Positions 54,353-64,000 of a stretch of 64,000 bases of DNA are shown here, one piece after another; the stretch's first letter is position 1, and each line of letters starts with the position of its first letter. A model generated the notes under the pieces. It saw nothing but the letters and a program-made list of their open reading frames with translations, ran no database searches and was not told where the DNA came from. This DNA comes from Amoebidium appalachense. Its lineage: Eukaryota > Protista > Ichthyosporea. Both the position numbers and the translations under genes were made by a program. Location: contig CAVNZM010000003.1 in the NCBI GenBank assembly GCA_963693365.1, positions 5,641,758-5,705,757 of the forward strand. Reading direction: 5' to 3'.

Positions 54353-56832
54353 CAGGGCCCCGGGGGGTTTAGAGTAGGGCAGCTGGGCCCGAGAGAGGTT
54401 GCAGGCAGGGCAGCGGGGCCATGTGCAGGGGATGCCCGAGCACGCAGGGATGCGGGCGGACACAGAGTTAGAAGGGGGGGGGGAGGGAGTGCTAGGTGAG
54501 TGTAAGGGGGGGGGGGGGGGAGGCTCGTGGGATGGGTGGGGAGTAAAATTATGTGCAGTGGCCAGAATAACGTCTTTTGTGTAGGGACATGTATTCTGTG
54601 GCGCGCGCGGGCGCCGTAGGTGGCCTGCAAAAAAATTTGTACTCAGCCCTAGTGGCCCGTGCTCCCGAGCTCCGTGTCCCTGTACCCGTGTATCCTAGCT
54701 CCTAGCCCCTATGTTCTATCTTGTGTGTGCGGGCAGCTGGGCCCGAGGGAGGTTGCAGGCAGAACAGCGGGGCCATGTGCAGGGGATGCCCGAGCACGCG
54801 GGGATGCGGGCGGACACAGAGTTAGAAGGGGGGGGGGGGGGGGGGGAGGGAGTGCTAGGTGAGTGTAAGGGGGGGGGAGGCTCGTGGGATGGGTGGGGAG
54901 TAAAATTATGTGCAGTGGCCAGAATAACGTCTTTGTGTAGGGACATGTATTCTGTGGCGCGCGCGGGCGCCGTAGGTGGCTTGCGAAAATTTGTACTTAG
55001 CCCTAGTGACCCGAGCTCCCGAGCTCCGTGTCCCTGTACCCGTGTATCCTAGCTCCTAGCCCCTATGTTCTATCTGTGTGTGTGGGTGTGCGCGTAGACT
55101 AGGCATTAGGCTTGCAGTCTTTGCGGGGGTGTGTGCCAGAGCAGAGCGGGCACACGTGGGAGAGGGGGCAGGGCTGCTTAGCGCAGGACCGACCTTAAAT
55201 GTGGAAATTCATGTAGTGCGTGGCGGGTAGCTCCACCGATCGGGCCGGTGTTGCCAGGCCGGGGTGCGGGTCGGGGCGGTTGGGGGTTTGTCCCCCGCCG
55301 GGCTTGTGGGGCGGTGTGAAGCCATCAAGTCTTAGACCACAGCCGGGCTTGGGGTACTACATGGGACAGGCCTGAGGGGGGGCTTCAGGGGTAGAGGGGA
55401 GAGTGGCTTGGAGGGTCCGTGGTGGTGGGGGCCGCCGGAGGCGCGTCAGTGCCCGCAGGAGCGTTGGGCAGCTGGTTGCGGAGGTCGCGTAATTTGAAAT
55501 TCGTTTGGAGGGGCGTCGAGCCTGAGGGTTCTTGCTGCTCGGGGGTTACTGGGAAAGCCGGAACAGGGAGGGGAGGAGGGGCTTTGACGGGATTGGTTTT
55601 GGGATCAGGCACGACGGAGGCAGGGTCAAAGGCAGGTAAGTCCGGACGGAGAAGGTTAACTGGGTCGGGCCAGGGGCTTTGGAAACGGGGGCGGGCAGCA
55701 CGGTAGGCTGGCTGGGCAGAAACGTGGATGGGCAGGCAGCACGGTAGGCTGGCTGGGCAGAAACGTGGATGGGAACGACCGGACCTGGCAGCATGTGTAG
55801 CTGGCCGGGGTCGGGTGGCAACAGGGGGGGAACAGCTGCAGGGGAACTGGGGCCGTGCAGGGTTTGGGGTAGCTGAGATCTCGACGAGGCTGGCCTTGTG
55901 ATCTGAGGAAAAAATGCTGCTGGAATGCGGGGCAGACCAATGGAATGTGAGGTATCCATCGACAGTGAAGTCATGGTGGGGGGAGACATGGCGGGAAACA
56001 GGGTGGGAAAACAGGGAAGGAGGCGGGTTGAACACGGTAAGCTGTTCTGGCAGGGACTTGGGGTCAGTACTCCTGAACAGTAGGAAAGCACAAGGTGCTT
56101 TGACTGGGTTTAACATAAGCGACGCGATTGGAGTACCGTATTTGAATACTCAGAAGGGCAATCGGGCAAGGACTATGAGCGAGGATAGTCAATGCGGATC
56201 GAAGCGGGGTGTGAAATTCTAGGCCATCGGGATTGAAAACGGGGTTTGAAATTAGACGAGTGGTAGGGACTTAGATCACAGCGGCGCGGCGCGTGAGGGA
56301 CCATGTCAGGAAATCTTCTTGAAGTGTCGAGGAACTTGTAGGGCGACTAGCCCTAACCGGGACGGAACTGGCAGGAGTGCAAGCCTAACTTGCGAGGAGG
56401 ACACGAGGGCAAGCTGAACTTGCAAGGATGGCACGATTGTCAAGGTGTGACAGAAGCTCGTGTCAAGAGTTGTCACGGAGTGTGAAAAGAAAATGTATAG
56501 CCGTAAGGGCTGTAGGTGCTCAACACAGAAGATGTGTTTGTAGCTTGCTGATCTGCTGAAAACTGTCTTGCTTATATACCTAAGCCTACCGACCTGAGCC
56601 AATTGAAAATCGATCCAGTGATATGTGAATCTGAATCGAACCAATCAAAATCGGTCTAGCGATATGTGGAATCTGATGTTTTGATTAGCTAATAGGTGCC
56701 CGTGTGCGAGCGGCCAATCGCGAACTGCTAAAACACGAAACGAAGCCTACATGGTTATGTCAATATCGAACACCCATCCTACGTGTTTACCCAGAAAAAT
56801 ATTTATGTCAATAAATTCCACAAATAAAACCT
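52260..56832 (-). mobile_element. Ngaro/DIRS-order tyrosine-recombinase retrotransposon, non-autonomous, with split direct repeats A1...B1-A2-(spacer)-B2
   Basis: A repeats 56482-56832 and 52477-52827 (351 bp). B repeats 52827-52915 and 52260-52348 (89 bp). It contains a decayed YR and a DIRS-type RT remnant, GPGCYMAVADVQAAFRHMP (about 54050-54125). There is an internal direct duplication of about 350 bp (54378-54720 / 54733-55075). The A repeat carries a TATATAA and CCAAT/ATTGG boxes oriented for minus-strand transcription. Confidence 0.85.
52975..53935 (-). pseudogene. Tyrosine recombinase of the Ngaro-like element (frameshifted)
   Basis: Motifs across frames: SAM-like LFLAWCAQQG...Y.SAI...H, GFCGLLRSWEF (catalytic R), PTSKMD (K), HSLRIGGAT (HxxR) and LGR*SSD...YTR (the expected W is a TGA at 53033-53035; catalytic Y retained). 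Confidence 0.85.
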
Positions 56833-57414
56833 TAGCACTGGTAGTAAAAAACCAAGCTGAGTGTACATTTTAATTGAGCATCTGGAGGGGCTGCTGTATA
56901 GCTATATGATACCACTATCATTAGGCAGATATGTGTAATATAGGTGTTAATAATTTGCATGAAGCTGAAGAGCTCGGGCAACGCCTTTTGAAACTCCTGT
57001 GTGGGTGTTGGTGTGTGTGTTGCGTGTACGTACACGTAAGCATGTGTGTATGTGGTGATGAGGAAAGGGGGTATTCTCCATTAGCAGCAAATAAAACCGA
57101 ATTCGACAATGAAAAATTTGAAATGACTTGAGGAAGTGGGAAGCTGAATGGATACTGGATAACAATGCATGTACTGTTTCTCTGAGTGATAAGGATTTGA
57201 TGTCTTGTGTGGTTATGTGTTGGTGATTCGTACGTGGGACAACAGGGGGAGGTGGGAGGGAGGGAGTGGGAGTGAGTGTGTGTGTGTGTGTGTGGGGGGG
57301 GGGGGGGTCACAGTGCATTAAGAATGAACCAATAAGGAAGAACAACAACATTAAACATGAATAAGCATGTTAAAAAAAGCAGCATGAGAAGATTTCGTCT
57401 TTGATTGGGGTGTG

Positions 57415-57459
<45 letters not shown>

Positions 57460-57473
57460 AATGGGGCACAAAC

Positions 57474-57731
57474 GTTTAGTGTCTTGAAGCTGCTGAGGCG
57501 GTTCTTGATGTAGGAGCCGTTGATGGGGGACATGCACATGATGCAGTGAAGGGCGGGGTTGCCCCATGGGTTGCCCCTCACCGGATCGACGCTGTACATG
57601 CGGCCACAGGGATGGTTGTTGCACTCAACTTGAACCTCCACCAACCACCCCTCCCACGTCCTCTTGCGGTACCTAACCTGGTCTGCCAACTTGTCGGGGT
57701 CGGCGGCATTGACAGGGGCAACCTGGAACAT
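57474..57731 (-). other. Probable coding exon (phase 0-0, 86 codons) of an unidentified, possibly decayed multi-exon gene with CxxxxC...CxxC
   Basis: ACACAG| acceptor and |GTTTGT donor flank the open frame MFQVAPVNAADPDKLADQVRYRKRTWEGWLVEVQVECNNHPCGRMYSVDPVRGNPWGNPALHCIMCMSPINGSYIKNRLSSFKTLN. Further exon-like pieces lie at about 56920-56997 and 57130-57205. Confidence 0.4.
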
Positions 57732-57980
57732 CTGTGTTGGTGGGCATGGAGGCATTTGACAGTTTTTTGGAAGGGGGGGGGAGGGGGGGAGGGGGGGGGG
57801 ATGGGAGGGGCTTTTGGTGTGTGTGTGTTTTTTTTGTGTGTGTGGGTGGGGAAGTGAGTGAGTGAGTGTGTGTGTGTGTTTGGGGGGGGGGGGGGGGGGG
57901 AGGGGGGGGTAGAATGAATGAATAACACTAAATGCTAACATGTGAAACACGCGTACGTTGTGCTGAAAGACAAAAGCACA

Positions 57981-58563
57981 AACTTATGAAGTCTAGAGTT
58001 CAAGCAGAAAATAGCTTGAACGACTGGTGGAGGGGATGATAGCTATAGTGCTAACAGGAAAAGTAGTGCCCACAGTCGCTGGTTCATGAACGTGAAAAGG
58101 CAACGTGCATCTGCAGCCAGCAGAACACACGCACACGCACGCACACACACACACATACACACACACGCACACAGACACAGACACAGACACAGATATAATC
58201 ACAGGCACGGACACAGACCAGACAGACAAACGCCATATGCACAAAAGCAGGCAACACAAAACTAACCTTCAAACGGCCTTTCAGCCGTTAGGCGAAGATG
58301 CTGCAGCATGCCGCATGGTCGAAACCATTCAGCACGGTGGCTGCGCGACCTGCGGAGGGGACCTGTGACCAGGCGACCTGCGGGAAGGGAACTGCGACCA
58401 GGCGACCTGCGGGAAGGGACCTGCGACCAGGCGACCTGCGGGAAAGGACTTGCGGACCTGCGGACCTGCGGGAAGGGGGAAAAGAAATGGAGCAAACAAC
58501 GTGCGTACAGGCTTAAACGGACAAAAAATTGCAAACCGGATTGGGTTTAGCCAATCACTATTT
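57981..58563. repeat. Dispersed direct duplication, copy 2 (homologous to 46786-47313)
   Basis: Colinear match including the 27-bp tandem at about 58365-58475. Confidence 0.85.
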
Positions 58564-58578
58564 GCTATAGACCGGTTT

Positions 58579-58629
<51 letters not shown>

Positions 58630-58630
58630 A

Positions 58631-59352
58631 GACGTGGATGGGAACGGCCGGACCTGGCAGCACGTGTTGCTTGCCGGGGTCGGGGGGTAACGGGGGGGAA
58701 ACAGCTGCAGGGGTAACTGGGGCCCGTGCAGGGTTTGGGGGAGCTGAGAGCTCGACGAGGCTGGCCACGTGATCGGAGGAAACTGCTGCCGGAATGCGGG
58801 GCAGATCCATGGAATGTGAGGGGTCCGGCGACAGTGACGGCACGGTGGTGGGAACAGGGTTGGAAATCCTGGAAGGGAGCATGTTGGACGACATGGTAAA
58901 CGGTTCTGGCAGGGACTCGGGGCCGGGACTCCTATGGAGTAGGAAAGCACAAAGTGCTTGGACTGTGTTGAACACGGGAGACTGGAAAGAAGTACCGAAT
59001 TTGGGTACTTCAGATGGACTTGAGGGAGGATAGTCAAGTCGGATCGAGACGGGGTGTCAAATGATCGTCGATCGGAATGGAGCCGGGGTTTGAAATTTGA
59101 CGAGTGATTGGGATTTCGATGTTATGGAATGGGAGCCTCCGGGGCAGACAGGGAGGCGCGGTGGAGACCACGTCGGGACAGGGGGACACGTCATGAAGTG
59201 TCAAAGAAGAACTTGGAGCGCGACGGCAGAACCAAGGGTGGAGGAAGGTTTGACGTGACGGAGAGGAACCAGGACGGAACTGGAATGAGGGCAAGCTGAA
59301 ACTTGCAAGGATGGCACGATTGTCAAGGCATGACAGAAGCTCTTGTCAAGAT
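58631..59352 (-). mobile_element. Diverged fragment of a second Ngaro-like element (5' internal region)
   Basis: Colinear with 55762-56470 (e.g. acgtggatgggaacg.ccggacctggcagca; aacagctgcagggg; ggcaagctga...ttgcaaggatggcacgattgtcaagg). Confidence 0.75.
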
Positions 59353-59725
59353 GAGTCAGATCTTGTCAAGGGGAGTGACGGAGGACCGGTTACGGCCGGT
59401 CGCGGGAGGAGCCGAGAGGCTAGGTGACGGCGGGAAGTGCCAGAGACGGAATGTGCAGAAAAGCACAGACGGGTTTAGGGGACGCCAGGGAGAGATGTAC
59501 ACGGCCTCAGCACCAAGAGGAAGGGGGGGCGGCGTCAATTCACGGAATAGGTACTCAACGTTAACACGCAAGTGACCATTAGATGAGGTGCATGAGGAGC
59601 TGACCACAGCTATGATGTGTACCAGGAATTTAACGATTGCTAGTGTGTTGCGAGAGGGTGCGAAAATGGGCCCATAACCTGTTGTTTTGTACGGGTCTAA
59701 GGGAGCAGAGTGCACAGAGGTGTCA

Positions 59726-60589
59726 TGTAAAACACGACTAACACATTAATGAGAGGGCAATCGGAGTTGTTCACGAGACATTGAAAGATTTCAAACAACA
59801 ACTGAATCTTTATTGTGCTCTCGGTTCCTTTTGTACTTGCGACTTATCACCTTATCACAACTAAAGAGGGAGAACCAATCGGTTCTATCAGAAGATAGAA
59901 AAACACATTCCGACAGAGCATACGCATTCCAACTTCCGATTAAACTAAAGTGTAGAAACTCTTACTTAAATAAATTAAGTAATTATACATCTAGTCACTA
60001 TTAACTCACATATATATTTATGTTCGTCTCTATAAAGAAACTTATTTAAATACATATATTTCCTAACAGTCGACACTCTCAAAGTGAAGACACTTTGCAA
60101 TAAACCGAATTCCATATATATCTATTGTCCAATCACAACACACATATATTAACAGACAGGAATGCACAACACAATCTACAGATGTACTCGCTCGCGACTA
60201 TTGGCGAGCCATCCTTTTGAGAACAAAACTAGGCCATTTTGAAATAAAGGAAAGACAACGAGTGAGGCTAGCCAATCACGCTACCTCTCAGATAAACAGA
60301 GGAGAGCAAACAGAAATAAAATACAATAAGTTCTTATCAGGCAAGAGAGCCAGGTGTGCACAGATCTACAGATATCTGTGCCCACAGAAACAAGGGAGAG
60401 AGAGATACGGGGGGGGGGGGGGGGGGGGAGAGAGAGAGAGAGAGAGAGAGGGAGGGAGAGAGAGAGAGAGAGGGAGAGAGAGAGAGAGAGGGAGAGCACA
60501 AAGAAGGAAAGCAGACACGAATACAAACAAGCTAGGACACATACATACTTCAAGGCTCTTGCTGTCATACATGGTGACGTATTCCAACA
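59726..60589 (-). mobile_element. LTR-like repeat (TGTTG...TTACA with AATAAA), copy 2
   Basis: Reverse-complement homologue of 44360-45135. It has TG/CA ends and a polyadenylation-like signal about 90 nt before the 3' end. No TSD is visible. Confidence 0.55.
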
Positions 60590-60975
60590 GAGAGAGAGGG
60601 AGAGGGAGAGGGAGACTAGAGAGAGAGGGAGACTAGAGAGAGAGGGAGACTGAGAGAGAGAGGGAGACTAGAGAGAGGGAGACTACTAGAGAGGAAGGGA
60701 GAGGGAGAGGGAGAGGGAGAGGGAGAGGGAGAGAGAGAGGGAGACTAGAGAGAGGGAGACTAGAGAGAGGGAGACTAGAGAGAGGGAGACTAGAGAGAGA
60801 GAGGGAGGGAGAGAGAGAGAGAGGGAGAGGGAGAGGGAGAGAGAGAGGGAGACTAGAGAGAGGGAGACTAGCGAGAGAGGGAGAGGGAGAGAGAGAGGGA
60901 GAGGGAGAGAGAGAGGGAGACTAGACAGAGGGAGACTAGAGAGAGGGAGACTAGAGAGAGAGAGAGAGAGAGAGA
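60590..60975. repeat. Purine-rich minisatellite (GAGAGGGAGACTA-type units mixed with GAGAGG)
   Basis: Directly visible. Confidence 0.85.
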
Positions 60976-61352
60976 GACAGATATTGAGAGAGAGAGAGAA
61001 TGAGAGAGAGCCTTGGAGAATCTCCGACTGTTTGTGTCCGTAAATCAGTATGTGTACATGCAGCTAGCTAGACGTTTTATCAAGTGATGTATCATGTTTT
61101 TTGTGTCATGTTTTGTGTCATGTCATGTTCATGTCATATAATCAGTTGTACGGATTCTAGCACCTGTTACATGTACTTGTGAGTAGAAGTTTCTGTAGAG
61201 TATGGGGGCGCCATTTATGGTATGTGTATATACATGTACTGTAGACCATCTGTAAACGAGTACGTGCAGCAGTGCCACGTCTGCATTTAATTAATAAATG
61301 TTAGCATGTATCATACATGTACAGTCGATAAATTGGCCTCTATACCAGGCGG

Positions 61353-61517
<165 letters not shown>

Positions 61518-61584
61518 CCCCCCCCCCCCGGAACACCGTATCACTGAGGTACTGCCCAACTGAGCTACGAGATCGGTTAAGATC

Positions 61585-61941
61585 TTGGGATATTCGGGTT
61601 GGTTGTAAGGTTTTCAGGTCGGGCCGAAGGCCCTAACGGGCCGCAGGCCCGCTTATTGGGCCGCCAGGCCCTAGGCCGCTAGGCCGCTAGGCCTAGCGGC
61701 CTAGGGCCTGGCGGCCCAATCAGGGGGGGGGGGTTAGCAGTGACTGCTAACCCCCCCCCCCCCCTGGGCCCCCGCGGGCCGGGCCGGGGGTGGCTCGCGG
61801 GCCGGGTCGGGCCCCCGGTCCCCGGGGCCCCGGGCCTAGCGGCCTAGCGGCCTAGGGCCTGGCGGCCCAATAAGCGGGCCTGCGGCCCGTTAGGGCCTTC
61901 GGCCCGACCTGAAAACCTTACAACCAACCCGAATATCCCAA
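61585..61941. repeat. GC-rich fold-back with perfect inverted arms of about 110 bp and nested internal palindromes
   Basis: ttgggatattcgggttggttgtaagg...ggccgctaggcc (61585-61694) is the reverse complement of ggcctagcggcc...ccttacaaccaacccgaatatcccaa (about 61833-61941). Confidence 0.9.
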
Positions 61942-62597
61942 TATTGCTTCATTCTGATTGGTTGTCACACCGCGGGATTTCCCGATTGTTCTTCCAATGA
62001 CATTTTCTATCACTATCGACAGTTCTCCAATATTAGAATAGAAAACGGTTTATACCCAGATGGCCAGATTGGCAGATCAAATTCAGTCTGTGAGCAGGGG
62101 GGGGGGGATCCACCTGAAGTCAAAACAATCTGGCCATCTGGCCATGTGGCCATAGAATAGATTAGCATGTAAGGCACTGGCTGCCACCACTGGGGGCCGT
62201 GGTTCCGGCAGGAGGGGGGGCACACGTGCAGGGGAGGCAGGGGGTCGGGGGAGGCACACGTGCACAGGAGGCTGGGGAGAGTGGGGGAACCATGGTTGTG
62301 TGATACTATCTATCCCCCATGTATGGCTGAGTTAAGACCATTTGTTCATGTAGCACGATCTTCTAGCATGCACGTGTTGGAATGCCACCACTGGGGGGCC
62401 TGGTTCCGGGAGGCAGGGGAGCAGGGGGGGCATGCAGTGTGTGGGTGTGCATGTGGCAGGGGAGCAGGGGGGCAGGGGGGCAGGGGGGCAGGGGGGACTG
62501 GGGAGCAGGGGGGCTGGGGAGACTGGCATGCCACTCACGGGGAGGATAGTGTATGTTGGCACGTGTGGGTGTGTGGGTGATAAAGGCAGAAGCCACA

Positions 62598-64000
62598 ACA
62601 CGTGTGGTGTCTAAACAGCCTATAGGCATGCTCCGTGTGCAGGCACCAATTTCTACCCTCTTCTGGTTGGTGCCAAGAGGCAGCGCCCTACACGTGTGGT
62701 GTCTAAACAGCCTATAGGCATGCTCCGTGTGCAGGCACCAATTTCTACCCTCTTCTGGTTGGTGCCAAGAGGCAGCGCCCTACACGTGTGGTGTCTAAAC
62801 AGCCTATAGGCATGCTCCGTGTGCAGGCACCAATTTCTACCCTCTTCTGGTTGGTGCCAAGAGGCAGCGCCCTACACGTGTGGTGTCTAAACAGCCTATA
62901 GGCATGCTCCGTGTGCAGGCACCAATTTCTACCCTCTTCTGGTTGGTGCCAAGAGGCAGCGCCCTACACGTGTGGTGTCTAAACAGCCTATAGGCATGCT
63001 CCGTGTGCAGGCACCAATTTCTACCCTCTTCTGGTTGGTGCCAAGAGGCAGCGCCCTACACGTGTGGTGTCTAAACAGCCTATAGGCATGCTCCGTGTGC
63101 AGGCACCAATTTCTACCCTCTTCTGGTTGGTGCCAAGAGGCAGCGCCCTACACGTGTGGTGTCTAAACAGCCTATAGGCATGCTCCGTGTGCAGGCACCA
63201 ATTTCTACCCTCTTCTGGTTGGTGCCAAGAGGCAGCGCCCTACACGTGTGGTGTCTAAACAGCCTATAGGCATGCTCCGTGTGCAGGCACCAATTTCTAC
63301 CCTCTTCTGGTTGGTGCCAAGAGGCAGCGCCCTACACGTGTGGTGTCTAAACAGCCTATAGGCATGCTCCGTGTGCAGGCACCAATTTCTACCCTCTTCT
63401 GGTTGGTGCCAAGAGGCAGCGCCCTACACGTGTGGTGTCTAAACAGCCTATAGGCATGCTCCGTGTGCAGGCACCAATTTCTACCCTCTTCTGGTTGGTG
63501 CCAAGAGGCAGTGCCCTACACGTGTGGTGTCTAAACAGCCTATAGGCATGCTCCGTGTGCAGGCACCAATTTCTACCCTCTTCTGGTTGGTGCCAAGAGG
63601 CAGCGCCCTACACGTGTGGTGTCTAAACAGCCTATAGGCATGCTCCGTGTGCAGGCACCAATTTCTACCCTCTTCTGGTTGGTGCCAAGAGGCAGCGCCC
63701 TACACGTGTGGTGTCTAAACAGCCTATAGGCATGCTCCGTGTGCAGGCACCAATTTCTACCCTCTTCTGGTTGGTGCCAAGAGGCAGCGCCCTACACGTG
63801 TGGTGTCTAAACAGCCTATAGGCATGCTCCGTGTGCAGGCACCAATTTCTACCCTCTTCTGGTTGGTGCCAAGAGGCAGCGCCCTACACGTGTGGTGTCT
63901 AAACAGCCTATAGGCATGCTCCGTGTGCAGGCACCAATTTCTACCCTCTTCTGGTTGGTGCCAAGAGGCAGCGCCCTACACGTGTGGTGTCTAAACAGCC
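62598..64000. repeat. 92 bp tandem array, at least 15 nearly identical copies, running off the window end
   Basis: The unit acacgtgtggtgtctaaacagcctataggcatgctccgtgtgcaggcaccaatttctaccctcttctggttggtgccaagaggcagcgccct repeats every 92 nt. Only one variant was noticed (gtgcccta near 63511). Confidence 0.95.

Noticed and set aside
44360-60589. A 16 kb element with 800-bp terminal inverted repeats (Polinton/giant transposon)
   Set aside because: The two arms are diverged, have TG...CA ends plus AATAAA typical of LTRs, and show no shared TSD. No polB, integrase or capsid genes lie between them. Two independent LTR-like insertions are simpler.

Overview
Eukaryotic, intron-rich, repeat-laden genomic DNA. 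Animal-like MED27 and C14orf119 similarities suggest a holozoan or other opisthokont source (inference). The left 40 kb holds four spliced genes in two head-to-head pairs, all reconstructed by hand with GT-AG introns: a partial MED27-like gene (-) with a 13-exon NDUFV1/NuoF gene (+), and a 3-exon DUF4508/C14orf119-like gene (-) with an 8-exon three-RRM (CELF/ELAV-like) gene (+). Introns are filled with poly-G/poly-C runs, (CA)n/(GA)n microsatellites, a 3 kb (GGGT)n tract, a TTAA-flanked MITE family and a decayed Penelope-like RT. The right 24 kb is a transposon and satellite block: a decayed LINE, LTR-like repeats, a 183-bp satellite with a 3-mer higher-order repeat, a Ngaro-type tyrosine-recombinase retroelement with split direct repeats, a nested palindromic fold-back and a homogeneous 92-bp array. 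The most unusual signal is a family of diverged sequence modules that all end in ...CGTAC...CATTCTAA directly followed by poly(C). They are stacked head-to-tail around the Penelope-like RT and scattered in other introns, which suggests a poly(C)-targeted or poly(C)-tailed retroelement system with structured RNA ends. Almost all long ORFs in the supplied track are low-complexity artefacts.
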